This document shows, piece by piece, positions 1 to 14,012 of a stretch of DNA of 64,000 nucleotides. Positions within the stretch are counted from its first letter, which is position 1, and each line of letters begins with the position of its first letter. The notes below the pieces were generated by a model. The model was given only the letters and a program-made list of their open reading frames with translations. It searched no databases and was not told where the DNA came from. The stretch is from the human T2T-CHM13v2.0 reference genome, Homo sapiens. The DNA is taken from NCBI RefSeq assembly GCF_009914755.1, contig NC_060939.1, one strand, 5' to 3'. The position numbers were made by a program, and so were the translations under genes.

Positions 1-535
1 AGCAATCTTAATAACTGGACATATACCCAAAGGATTATAAATCATTCTACTATAAAGACACATGCACACATATGTTTATCGCGGCACTATTCACAATAGT
101 AAAGACTTGGAACCAAGCCAAATGCCCATCAATGATAGACTGGATAAAGAAAATGTAGCACATATACACCATGGAATACTATGCAGCCATAAAAAAGGAT
201 TAGTTCATATCCTTTGCAGGGACATGAATGAAGCTGGAAACTATCATTCTCAGCAAACCATCACAAGATCAGAAAACCAAACACCGCATGTTCTCACTCA
301 TAAGTGGGAGTTGAACAATGAGAACACATGGACACAGGGAGGGGAATATCACACACCGGGGCCTGTGGAGGGTGGGGTGCTAGGGGAGGGATAACATTAG
401 GAGAAATACCTAATGTAGGTGACAGGTTGATGGGTGCAGCAAACCACCATGGCACGTGTATACCTATGTAACACAACTGCGCATTCTGCACATGTAACCC
501 AGAACTTAAAGTATAAAAAATAAAAAGAAATAAAA
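1..535 (+). mobile_element. L1PA-type LINE-1 3' end (end of ORF2, 3'UTR, A-rich tail)
   Basis: Classic L1 3' sequence (ATGTTCTCACTCATAAGTGGGAGTTGAACAATGAGAACACATGGACACAGGGAGGGG...CCCAGAACTTAAAGTATAAAAAA), G-rich tract at 364-390; truncated by window edge. Confidence 0.95.
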
Positions 536-997
536 CATGAGCCACAAATGGAAGCCCCATGTATAAATTTAAATTATTTAGTAGCCACATTAAAAAAAAT
601 ACATAGTAGACAAAATTAATTTTAGTAGTAAATAGATGCTCCTTGACTTACAATGGGGTTATGTCCAGATAAAACTACTGTAAATTGAAAATCTTTATCT
701 GAACATAGCCTCATCATAAGTCAAGGAGCATACTGAATAAGTATCACTTTCACATCATGGTAAATTCCAAAAATGGAAAGTGGAACCATCGTAAGTCAGG
801 GACTCTCTGTATTGTATTTAAACCAATATATCCAAAATGTAATTTGAAAATATAATGAGGTATTTTGCATTCTTTTTTTCATACTACATCTTTGAAATCC
901 AGTGTGTTTTATGTTTGCAGCACATTTCAAATCAGACTAACCAGTTTTCAAGGGCTCAGTAGCCACATTTCTCATGGCTACCATTTGGCCAGTGCAG
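536..997 (-). mobile_element. hAT-Charlie MITE (MER33-like), interrupted by a Tigger-type MITE
   Basis: TAGTAGCCACATTAAAA...TCTTTGAAATCCAGTGTGTTTT...AGTAGCCACAT...GGCTACCATTTGGCCAGTGCAG resembles recalled MER33 consensus. Confidence 0.7.
633..809. mobile_element. Tigger5/MER47-like MITE nested in MER33
   Basis: Inverted termini (T)AGATGCTCCTTGACTTACAATGGGGTT ... AACCATCGTAAGTCAGGGACTCTCTG followed by TA. Confidence 0.75.
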
Positions 998-1559
998 AAA
1001 TTTGCATTTCCATACAATCCTATAAAGTACAGACAGCAAACCCTTCTCTTTAAAGATGTATTTCTACTCTACTTCAATTACATTTAAAACATCTAGTCTT
1101 TGTTTTACTAATGTTATTATTCCCAGCACATGTAATATGCTCAAATATTTGCTGAACTGAAGTGAACCTGGGCCTACAGCCCAGTATTGTGTTTGGCTGG
1201 CTCGCCCCTGTTTTGTTCAGCACAAGAAAGTGTTTTCTCAAGTTTAAAAGAAATTGGCAAGATCCTGGCAACTCGCCAGGAGGTCCTGCAACTTTCTGTA
1301 AAGGCCTAATTGCTCTGACATTTTGTTATTCTAATAATGATAGTAAATCCCAAAGCTTGTAGAGTCCAAAAGGAAAGTCCTGATGCATCCCTCTCTGATG
1401 ATCAGATTAAAATGTATAGATTTAATTTTAATCAAGGACCTAGCACAGAATAAATGCACTTTAATTTACATGGTATGCGATAGTGTAAATCCAAATTGTT
1501 GAGCTTTCTTTGCAGTGCAAGCAACTGCCTGACCAAGATACAGGATTATTCTTCTAGTC

Positions 1560-1777
1560 CAGTGGTTCTCAACCTAGGGCAATTTTGCCCTCCAGGGGAC
1601 AATAGGCAGCATCTGGAGATATTTCTGGTTGTCATGATGGGGAGGAGTGCTATTGACATCTAGTGAGTCTCAGAGGCCAGAGATACTACTAAATATCCTT
1701 CAATACACAGGACAGCCTCCCACAACAAAGAATTCTTTGGCCCCAAGTGTCAGTCATGCTGAGGTTAAATAACCCTG
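1560..1777 (+). mobile_element. MER20 (hAT-Charlie)
   Basis: CAGTGGTTCTCAACC...GCTGAGGTTAAATAACCCTG, ~218 bp, degenerate 8-bp TSD TTCTAGTC/TTCTCATC. Confidence 0.85.
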
Positions 1778-1948
1778 TTCTCATCCAATATTGGGACTTC
1801 TCGTCTTCCTTCTTCCTGTCTTTTCCACTGTAAAAACAATTAAAATAGTTCAGAACTTTTTTGTTCTACTCCCCAGAAGCAATCACTATTAGCAGTTTGT
1901 TTTTCATTCTTCTGGTTGTTGTCTTTATGACTTTAATTAAAGTGGTTA

Positions 1949-2068
1949 CTGGCTCATGCCTGTAATCCCAGCACTTTGGGAGGCCGAGGCAGGAGGATCA
2001 CTTAAAGCCAGGAGTTCGAGACCAGCCTGGGCAACATAGAGAGACCTGTTTCTACACCAAAAAAGAAA
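1949..2068 (+). mobile_element. Alu left monomer (FLAM-like)
   Basis: Single Alu arm with A-tail; TSD AAAGTGGTT at 1939-1947 and 2069-2077. Confidence 0.85.
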
Positions 2069-2070
2069 AA

Positions 2071-2225
2071 AGTGGTTGTCAATCCTAACTGCACATTATT
2101 CACCTGGAGAGCTCTTCAGAAATGCAGATGGCCATTCCACAGCCTCAGAGATTCCGATTTAATTCATCTGGGGTAAATTTTTTAAAGCTCCCAGACCATT
2201 CTAATGTGTGGTCAATGTAGAAAAC
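2071..2225 (+). mobile_element. MER5B-like hAT MITE
   Basis: AGTGGTTGTCAATCCTAACTGCACATT...TCACCTGGAGAGCT...AGAGATTCCGATTTAATT. Confidence 0.6.
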
Positions 2226-2642
2226 CAGTAATATACAGAAATTTATATTTTTCATTTATCATCTTAGAAAATTTTTTATTCTCTATTATAAAAGATGTGG
2301 GTAGTTCTATACTTAATTTTCCATTCCTCCTTTCTCTTCCACTTCCAAATTGTAGATATTCCATTATTTTCACACATTTGAGCTTTATACATTTTCTGTA
2401 ATTATATTCTGTGTTTGTATATAGATTGATTCCAAAAATTAACCTATTAGCAGCATTTACAATTATATGACTTATATAAATATAAATCTCCATTCTCATG
2501 GGCCTTACAATGTAGTGACTAGTGCTGACCTGATTTTTGATCCTTTGCAGGTAACTTGTTTTTCCTTGCTAGAAATTTTTAGTACTCTCTTTCCTCTTGG
2601 AATTCTGAAATTTCACTTGTCTGTTCACTTAAGAGTCATTTT

Positions 2643-2949
2643 GGTCCGGGTGCGGTGGCTCACACCTGTAATCCCAGCACTTTGGGAGGCCAGGGCTAGT
2701 GGATCACCTGAGGTCAGGAGTTCGAGACCAGCCTGGCCAACATGGTGAAACCCCGTCTCTACTACAAGTATATAAAAAAAATTAGCCAGGCGTGGTGGCC
2801 CATGCCTGTAGTCCCAGCAACTTGGGAGGCTGGGGCAGGAGAATTGCTTGAACCAGGAGATGGAGGTTACAGTGAGCCGACACAGTGCCACTGCACTCCA
2901 GCCTGGGCAACATGTCAAGTGAGACTTTGTCTCAAAAAAAAAAAAAAAA
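2643..2949 (+). mobile_element. AluS (Sx-like)
   Basis: Full dimeric Alu with poly(A) tail. Confidence 0.93.
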
Positions 2950-3070
2950 GTTTTTTTTATTCATTCTGCTGAGTGTCTAGTTATTTCCTTCAGATAAAGA
3001 TCCGTAACTTTCTTCATCTCTGGGAAATTTATTTTTTCTCCTTAATTATTTGATAACTTCTTCTCTTCTG

Positions 3071-3120
<50 letters not shown>

Positions 3121-3121
3121 C
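3071..3121. repeat. (CTTT)n tetranucleotide microsatellite
   Basis: About 12 CTTT units seen directly. Confidence 0.95.
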
Positions 3122-3996
3122 CTTCTGGAACTCTTCTTAGATGAATGTTGAATCTCTGCATCTTTCATCCACATCTCTTAAGGTTTTCTCATAGTTTCTA
3201 TCTTCATCTTTTTGCTGTATATCCTTGGAAATATCCTCAGTGTTATCTTCTAGATCACCAACTTGGTCTTCAGCCATGCTTATTTTGTAATTCTAGATGT
3301 CTATTATTTTCTTTTATTTCAATGTAGTTTTTTTAAATGTTCAAAATGTTTTTCTTTTCTCTGTCTCTCTCCGCCGCCCCCCACCCCCCGCCCGACTTTT
3401 TCTCTCTTTCTTTCTTTTTCTTTTTCTTGTGGGGCAGGGAGGAAAATAATACATAATCAGAATTTTTAAATTTGTGTCTGTTTCTTCTATGGCATATTGA
3501 CCTGCTTGGTCAACTTTATTCTTTCATGATGTTGGTTTTCTTAAAATGTCTGGCAATTATTGGTTCCCTGTTTATATTTTTGAATGGAGAGCAAGGTTGG
3601 TTTGTATAATCCAGGATCATTTCTCCTGCAGTTGTATCTATCTGTTTTACCAACAGACCTCTCCCTTAAAAAGGAGGCCCCTTTATTTTTCTCCATTTGT
3701 CACCATCTGATAAGCTATATATTTTATTTATTAATTTATTGACTCTGCCCTCTTGCTCAAATATAAGCCTCTCTGAGGACAAGGATTTTTGTTTTCTCTT
3801 ACTGCTAGAGCACAGTAGAAGCCTGACAAATAGTCTTTTTTGAATGTATGAGTGAGAGCTTTTTTTCAGCAGCAGGTGTGCTGACCTGCCACCTTCTCTG
3901 CAGTGTGTGTATAAGGAGCTCACAGGCAGCCTGAGAGTCCCCTGCAATCGCTACAGTTAGGAGGACTTCATTCTGGGAGGGGCACCTTTCAATGTA

Positions 3997-4646
3997 TAGT
4001 AGTCCCCTTATCTGCAGAGGTTTCAGTGGATACCTGAAACCACAGATAGTACCAAACCCGATATGTGCTATGTCTTTTCCTATACTACACACCTATAATA
4101 ATGTTTAATTTTTAAACTAGGCACAGTAAGAGATTAACAGCAATAACTAATAATAGAACAATTATAATAACAATATGCTGTTATAGAAGTTGTGTGAATA
4201 TGGTCTCTCTCAAATATCTTACTGTACTATCCTCCTCCCTCTTGTGATGATGACATGAGATGGTAAAATGCCTGTATGATGAGATGAAGTGAGGTGAATG
4301 ACATAGGCAAGGGGACTGCGTTAGGCTACTGTTGCCCTTCTGACCATTTGTCAGAAGGAGGATCATCTACCTCCGGTGATCCTGGCTCATCCAGCCATGA
4401 CGATGTCAATGGTTGGATGTCAAAAGCAGACAGTGTCATTGGTTCATAGGCAGGGACAGCACGGAGATGCTGGACAAACAGATGATTCACCTCCTGGGCG
4501 ACATAGACCATAAGATTTCATCATACCACTCAGAACAGCATGCAATTTAAAACTTATGAATTGTTTATTTCTGGGGTTGTCCATTTAACGTTTTCCCACT
4601 GCGGTTGACAGCAGGTAACTGAAACCGCAGATTGCAGGGAATACTG
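3997..4646 (-). mobile_element. MER44 (Tigger7-derived) DNA transposon
   Basis: TIR-like ends TAGTAGTCCCCTTATCTGC ... GCGGTTGACAGCAGGTAACTGAAACCGC...ATACTG, TA on both sides. Confidence 0.8.
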
Positions 4647-5684
4647 TACTTCATTCCTGGCAGAGCTGCCTTTCCCATTTTCCCCCCACACTGTACTGGT
4701 GTGAAGGTCTGGAGGCGCCTCCGTTTCCGCACTGCTTCTGTCACAGGTCGCAGCACCTTCACCAGAGGCTCTTCCTGGGAGACTTCATTGATTGTGCTGG
4801 CAGCTGCTCTTTTTCCTGGAAGGTGCTGGGAGGGATAGTGTACTCTCCATCTGCCCTAGCTGTTCCATCTGTTCCTAAGGCGGTTCTTTAAGGAATTGCC
4901 CCAAATGGGACCTATCTCTAGCAGCTCAGGCAACAACTTGCTTGTGCTAATTTATCTGTGAATCTTTCTATTTTCTGTATTTCAGCAATTCCTCAAGATA
5001 ATGGCCTTTTGTTTTGTTTTGTTTTCTTGCACTGTGAGAATTCCAGTCTCTTAAAAATTATATTATTTCTTCCTGGTGGTGGGAAACTCTGGGAGTAAAG
5101 AGAGCCGGCAGGTGCACGTGTGCAGTCCGCTGTCTCAAACTGGAGTCTCCCATGGGTTTGCCACCCTCAGTGGTGATTTTGTTCCAAAAGTTATTTTTTA
5201 AAAATTCTGATTTATACATGATCTGAAATAATATAACTAAATCACTAGTTTCCAAGTGCTAGTCAATGGTAAAGTTTTTTTTTAATTAATTCATAGTAAA
5301 GGAAAAAAACTGGGTTTTCTGGGATTATGTCCTTTCTACCTTTTTTCTAATGTTAAAATGTGTTTTCTCAAAAAAAAAAAAACAGTAGTGGTTTTTTTTT
5401 AATGTCTCTACTTAACAAAAAAAATCTGTAATCCTATGTCAGTATCTTTTTTAAAAATAGTTTTTGCAAGTATGTGAAATTTATGTCTAGACTGCTGGAC
5501 TGAAATATTTTAATTGTGGTTTTAAATTGTATCTTTGTTACTTGGAGGTGAAAGTATGATTTGATGAAGGTTTTCTTTAAGTGCTAGAAAACATCTGTAT
5601 TTAATTTGGGAGTGAGGGGTTTAGTAAATTAATCTTTAGAAATTCTAACTTAATTCTAAGTTTTTTTTCTTTTTGCATCATAAG

Positions 5685-5828
5685 GCTTTTGCAGACATGC
5701 TGAAAGTAAACAAGACCTTGACAAGTCTAAACATAGAATCCAATTTTATCACTGGAACTGGGATCCTGGCCCTGGTAGAGGCACTGAAAGAAAATGACAC
5801 CTTGACAGAAATCAAGATTGACAACCAG
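5685..5828 (+). CDS. TMOD2: Tropomodulin-2 internal coding exon (third-last, probably exon 8), LRR domain
   Basis: T-rich tract + AAG acceptor (AG 5683-5684), CAG|GTAAGG donor; 144 nt, phase 0; [48 protein letters not shown] matches tropomodulin LRR. Confidence 0.97.
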
Positions 5829-7475
5829 GTAAGGAAGGCCAGAGAATAGGCAAAGTCAACTCACAGGGTGTGCAGTGAGCGGGGGAAATGCCACAAGGAA
5901 TGAGTTAAAAGACACAGTTCTGTGTGTGACTCAATTTGATGTACTGGATTTCCTGTAAGTTTTAGAACCATTTCTGGCCCATGGAGGATGTGCAGAAGAG
6001 CATGTTACTAATCAAACAATGTACAGTGGGGCAGCCTGGGACATAAAGAGCCATCTATCCCACAACCCTAGGCTAGTCAGGCTCCAGAAGAGAAAGCAAG
6101 GAGGTGGTGGCAGAGGTGTTGATAGCTGCTTTATTCAGTCTCATCATTGTTGCCTTTTGGCATGTATCTCTGCCCTGTACTATCCCAGCCTTACTTTTGC
6201 TTCTCACTGGGACTGTTGCTAACAGAGAAAGCAGGGTAGCCGTGTCCAAAGATTCAGATTTCTTTTCCTTGGCTGAAGACTTCTAGAACCAAAAGAGCAG
6301 ATGCAGGCTCCTGCAGTCTGATGCTGGCTGCAGAGAGCCTATTTAAAGGAATCAGGGTTCTAGAAGATGGTCTGGCTTAGAGTAGCAGGCCACACCCATG
6401 AGATTGTGGTCTGATCACAGTCTCATTGATCATGACCACAGCATTTCTCAGGTTCCCATCTGCAGCCAAAGCAAGGTGCTTTTCCCTAGAGCCACCTCTT
6501 CCTGCCTGGCGACCTCTTTTTCCCAGCGTCAGCCTGCAGTGCCTTCCGAGTTGCTCTGCTGGCTTCAGCTGACTCCTGCCCACAGACAGCAACTCTCAGT
6601 GATCAGCCATGATGTAGAGCCCTGCTCCTCTGGCCATGGGGAAGGGTCTGTGATGGGGTTCCAGACACTATATCTTGAAAAGAAAGGGCCTTGGAAAGGA
6701 GAGACCAAGGAGACTTGTGGTATGAGCATTCGTTCCCCTGTGGGATGGTGGGAGAGACAGTTGGGGAAGTGACTGCTCAGAGCATCCTTTGCATGTCTGG
6801 GGGCCATCTCTGGGAAATTTCCTGGTGCAGACCCTCCAAGATCTGATAAAGCCGCAGAGTGCCATCCAGGACTGTTGCCTAACCCTGGAAACCCTCAACA
6901 GTTCCTATGGAGGCTCTATTCTCTGTCTTTGCTAACCAGGACAAGCAGACTGTTTTCAGTGCAGGCCCTCTGGCCCTGGACTAATGATGTTTGTTGCCAG
7001 GGGAACACAAAAGCCCACTAGGAGAGAGGAACTTTTACATTCGCATCCTGCCAGAAGGAATGTGCCACCAAAACAGCTTTCCTAGACACAGAGATGTGGA
7101 GGCAGCACCCCAGGGGATGTGCCACACAGGGCCCCGCACACTCAGGAAGTTCGATGCTGTGTATCCTAGCATATGTCCAGCTGCTAGTAAATTAGAAAGT
7201 GGCATCAGGGTGTGGGGGAGTAAGGAAACAAGCCAGAGAGAAATATGAAGGGAGAGAACAGAAGTGATCACTCAGGGATATTTGTTGAATAGACTCATAT
7301 CAGGAAGAAGCTAAGTGGGCACTTAGTAAATATTTCCAGGGAAACTAACACAGAAGTGGATACCCTGTTCCAAAGTATATTTAACTTTGTTTACGGATTT
7401 AGGCCATTGTGAAACCCCATATCTGAAATAATATCACACACTCTGTCCCTAGTTCCTTACAAGATACCACCTAGC

Positions 7476-7657
7476 TAAGGTTGCCACATAAAATACAGTT
7501 AAATTTGGCTTTCAGATAAATGATGTATAAATTTTAGCATGTGTCATCAAATATATGGGATACCTTATACTATACTAAAAAAATTATTTGTTGTTTATCA
7601 GAAAGTCAAACTTAACTGGGTGTCCTGTATTTTTATTTGCTAAACCTGGCAACTCTA
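7476..7657. mobile_element. MER53 palindromic hAT MITE
   Basis: TAAGGTTGCCACATAAAATACAG ... CCTGTATTTTTATTTGCTAAACCTGGCAACTCTA; degenerate TSD CACCTAGC/TGCCTAGT. Confidence 0.85.
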
Positions 7658-7759
7658 TGCCTAGTATTGAGTTAGAATTAGCCTAGAATGAGCTAGAATT
7701 GTGAAAATTTAGAACAGAGCAGCTTTTGACAATGCATATAAAGAAGACCCTGAAGTACA

Positions 7760-8036
7760 GCCTGTAATCCCAGCACTTTGGGAGGCCGAGGCGAGCAGAT
7801 CACCTGAGGTCAGGAATTTGAGACCAGCCTGGCCAACATGATGAAATCCCATATCTGCCAAAAAATCCAGAAATTACCCAGGCGTGGTGGCACATGCCTA
7901 TAATCCCAGCTACTGGGGAGGCTGAGGCGTGAGAATCACTTGAACCCAGGAGGCAGAGATTGCAGTCAGCCAAGATCATGCCACTGCACTCCAGCCTGGG
8001 TGACAGAGCAAGACCGTGTCTCAAAAAAAAAACAAA
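7760..8036 (+). mobile_element. AluS, slightly 5'-truncated
   Basis: Starts at GCCTGTAATCCC; TSD ACCCTGAAGTACA at 7747-7759 and 8037-8049. Confidence 0.93.
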
Positions 8037-8179
8037 ACCCTGAAGTACAAAGAATTTGCTCCCTAAAATCCCCTCTAAATCAACCTCATCACCCCTCCTC
8101 AGCCATCTAGGAATGGATTTGTGTAGTTTTTCAACTTTAGTATTTCATTTTGCTTCTGAAATGGCTTCTCTTTATTTCT

Positions 8180-8496
8180 TTTTTTTGTTTGTTTTTTGTT
8201 TGTTTGTTTTGAGACAAGGTCTCACTCTATGGCCCAGGCTAGAGTACAATGATGCAGTGTGGCCTCACTGCAATCTCCACCTCTCTGGCTCAAGTGATCC
8301 TCCCACTTCAGCCTTCTGAGTAACTGGGACTACAGGCACACACTACCATGCCCAGCTAATTTTTAAATTTTTGTAGAGACAGGGTCTCACTATATTTCCC
8401 AGGTTGTTCTCAAACTCCTGGGTTCAAGCCATCCTCCTGCCTCAGCCTCTCAAAGTGCTGGGATTACAGACATGAGCCCCACCGCGCCTAGCCTGG
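8180..8496 (-). mobile_element. AluJ
   Basis: Antisense dimeric Alu with T-rich tail; TSD-like TCTCTTTATTT on both sides. Confidence 0.9.
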
Positions 8497-8543
8497 CGTC
8501 TCTTTATTTGTATACGACAAGGAGGATTAAGATTTTCTAGAGA

Positions 8544-8690
8544 GGCTGGGTGTGGTGGCTCACACCTGTAATCCCAATGCATTGCAAGAATGAGACAGGA
8601 GGATCACCTGAGCCCAGGAATTCCAGGTTGCAGTCAGTTATGGATGTGTCACTGCATTCCACCTTGGACAACAGACCTAGACCCTGTATA
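8544..8690 (+). mobile_element. Alu monomer (FAM/FRAM-like)
   Basis: Single diverged Alu arm; TSD AAGATTTTCTAGAG at 8529-8542 and 8806-8819. Confidence 0.8.
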
Positions 8691-8694
8691 TTCA

Positions 8695-8695
8695 T

Positions 8696-8774
<79 letters not shown>

Positions 8775-8800
8775 GTCTCTCTCTCTCTCTCTCTCTCTCT
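8695..8800. repeat. Compound (CT)n(CA)n(CT)n microsatellite
   Basis: Seen directly. Confidence 0.95.
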
Positions 8801-9305
8801 AAGAAAAGATTTTCTAGAGGAATTGGAAAAAATTGTTTGCTTTACTTGAGAAATGAGGGAATTCGGGGTCAAAACTTGTCTTGCATCCAAATTGTGTTCA
8901 TTGACTCATAGACTGTTAGAAGTAACCTCAGTTTCCTTATCTATCTAATGAGGGGTTTGAAATAAAATAATCTGTAAGACAGTTTCCTCAGGCAGAACCA
9001 GAAGCCAAGACCAATTTAACAGCACAGCAATGGGCAGCTGCACCAAAGCGAAGGCCTGCTGAGAATCCACCACTGGGGGCAGGCTGCTGTGGCTAGGCTC
9101 CAGGTCAATGTGCAGTGATTTAATCAGGTGCCCCCATGGGAAGAACAATCGGTGATGCATATTAAAGAAACAGATGGGGAACTGCTAAATAAATTTGAGT
9201 AGATAAAAGAGGTCACTTAGAAAAACACAGAAGGCGATTTGAAGATATGCTTAAACATTTGTTTCTATTTTTCCCCCTTTGTGTTTGGTGACTTAAAATA
9301 TAAAA

Positions 9306-9415
9306 AGAGCCTGGGCCTCTAGTCCCAGCTACTTAGGAGGCTGAGGCAGGAGAATCCCTTGAGCCCAGGAGTTTGAGTCCAGCCTGGGCAACATAGCAAG
9401 ACCTCATCTTTAAAA
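9306..9415 (+). mobile_element. Alu monomer fragment (FLAM-like) followed by AT-rich low complexity
   Basis: TAGTCCCAGCTACTTAGGAGGCTGAGGCAGG...CCAGCCTGGGCAACATAGCAAGACC. Confidence 0.8.
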
Positions 9416-10509
9416 TATATATATAATATAATATAACATAACATAATAAAAGTTATATAATTTAATACACTACATACTTAGATAATTTAAGTATATATAA
9501 AGACTGTATATCCAAATTATAAGAAATTTTGATGCCCATCTATTGTCCTGGGTTTATGTAAGACCTCAAATCCAAAAAAAGATGCAGGCTGAGGAAGAAA
9601 CATAGTGTATGTTACATTAATTCCTCCCCTTTTTTATATGCCCCCCAATTTAATTTTCTTTAGCTTCTAAGTCTTTTATATAGCTATTAGCATCTCCTTC
9701 CTCCCCCTCAAAAAAAAATAAAGCTATTATTCTATTATTAATATTTCCTATTTTTGATTCCAGATTATATTAATGGTTTAAGTTAACATAAAAGCAGAGT
9801 TGGTGTTTCTGTTTCACTACTTTGCCAGAATGTCATCCAAGGTTCATTACAAAATAGAGAAAACCCTAAAGAAATTACAGTTGACGTCTATATAAATAGA
9901 ACATTCAAATCAAGGATGAATAAGTGTGGATTTGTCTTTTATTGCAAAACAAAGCAGCTGTAAGGATGCTGAGCAGAATTTAAACTACTAGGAAAATAGC
10001 CAGCTACTTGGAGAGGAGGGACTCAGATACTTGGAAATATAGGTGATTTGGGGTAACTTTGGACCACTGCATTAACACTGCAAGTTATCCAAGTCCAGGA
10101 CTCAAATGCTCCAGGGGCACAAGCCGTAGTAGTGGCAGCCCTAACCTTAGCTCAGGGCTCATCCCTTGATACGGTCCCACTCTTCTAAACTATGTCATTT
10201 GCTAAAGTTGCTCATGAAACTCTGAGGTCAGCATCTCTTACTTTTTTGCTGCCACTCCCTCCCATTTACTCAAAATGCTTAGAGCGTTAATCTCTACCAT
10301 AATTATTATTGTCTAACTGGAAATACCACATTGTGTTAAGTTCTTGAGGAGAGACTCGTTTGAGGGGTTGCTGGATGACAAGAAAGAGAGAAGCAAAGAG
10401 ATAAGCCTTAAACTTGCCTGGGACGCAAGAGTTCCTCCATAAACTTTTCTTCTTCATCCACTCCATACTTATATTTTCCAAATTTAAAAGGTATATATTT
10501 TTAACTTAT

Positions 10510-11960
<1,451 letters not shown>

Positions 11961-12019
11961 CTCTGTGGGGAATGGGGATGTTGGAGTAAGGAGACTTGCA
12001 TATTTTATATACATTTTAA

Positions 12020-12378
<359 letters not shown>

Positions 12379-12429
12379 TGATGACTGTGTTATGAAAAAA
12401 TATACTTTGTCCCTTAAATTAAATTGTAA

Positions 12430-12750
<321 letters not shown>

Positions 12751-13029
12751 TCCGTCTTAAAAAAAAAGAAAAAAAAACCCTCTATTTTTTATTTTTTCAT
12801 TAGTTTATGTCTCAAACAAAAAAACCTCTTCCCACCAACTTAAACAAGTTGGAGATTTTTTTGTAGTCCAGGAACCCCCTTCAGAGTTTGCTGATTTCAT
12901 CCAAACGTGTACATGGTTCAAACCACAATAAAGCTGCTCAGAATCACCTAGCAAGATTCTGCTGAGAGACAACAGCCCATAGGTTGAGATGTTTAATTAT
13001 CATTGGATATGGATCCCAGAATTAAAAAA

Positions 13030-13420
13030 TTATATTTGATAGCACAAATATAACATGTGCACAACACAGTGACAATAGAGTTACTATAGTCAACAATAAC
13101 ATTGTGCATTTTAAAATAAAAAAGTAGAATTTGATTGATTGTAACACAAAGAAAGGATAAATGCTTGAAGTGATGGATACCCCATTTACCCTGATGTGAT
13201 TATTATGCATTGTATGCCTGGGTCATAATATCTCATGTACCCCATAAATATTATATACCTATGTATCCACAAAAGTCAAAATTAAAAACATTTTATAAAA
13301 AAGAAGAAAAAGTATTGGAAATGAATAAAGGTAATGGTTGTACAATATTGTGATTGTACTATATGCCACTGAATTGTGCACTTTAAAATGGCAAAATTTT
13401 ATGTGTATTTTACCACAATA
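13030..13420 (+). mobile_element. L1MA-type 3' end followed by an older L1M 3' end
   Basis: GTAACACAAAGAAAGGATAAATGCTTGAAGTGATGGATACCCCATTTACCCTGATGTGATT; then GGTAATGGTTGTACAATATTGTG...CACTGAATTGTGCACTTTAAAATGG. Confidence 0.75.
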
Positions 13421-13867
13421 AGTAAGTAAGAATTCCCAAAGTAAAAAGTAAAAAATAAAATAAAAATTTAGTAATTGGATTGGCTGCTACAAAATAGTTT
13501 CATTATTTTTAAAACACCCTTTGTTTAAACCACAGATACTGGGATGAATTCAAAACACCAAATATTAGTTTTGCTTTCATTTTAATTCTGGAATTATCCT
13601 TTCCTTCATAAACAATTTGCTTAGTTTTTTTCAGCTGCAGGACACCAGCAAACTCAGCTATCTGTCTGTTGGATTTTGCTTCTAGACAAGGAGCAGGACT
13701 CAAATGACTGTGAGAGAAAACTTCTCAAGTGACGCTGTCCCTTTCAGTTTGAGACCTTTGCCTCTTTGCCTTTTTGTCCAGCAAGTAGCCTTGTCTTTTT
13801 CCTGTGCAAGTAACTGTTTCCTCTTCCTTCTTGGTCATCCTGTGCATGTGTCTGCACCTGCAACCAG

Positions 13868-14012
13868 AGGCAGCAGTTGGGAACAGCTGTAGAGATGGAA
13901 ATTGCCCAGATGCTGGAGGAGAATTCAAGGATCCTCAAGTTTGGATACCAGTTTACCAAGCAAGGGCCACGAACAAGGGTGGCAGCTGCCATCACAAAGA
14001 ATAATGACCTGG
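13868..14012 (+). CDS. TMOD2: Tropomodulin-2 penultimate coding exon (probably exon 9)
   Basis: CCAG| acceptor, G|GTAATT donor; 145 nt; [48 protein letters not shown] in frame with previous exon. Confidence 0.97.

Noticed and set aside
62-590. 110-aa and 98-aa ORFs at window start
   Set aside because: Lie in the L1PA 3' end; repeat-derived, not genes
9066-9085. CTCF-like CCACCACTGGGGGCAGG
   Set aside because: Does not fit the core spacing of the CTCF consensus
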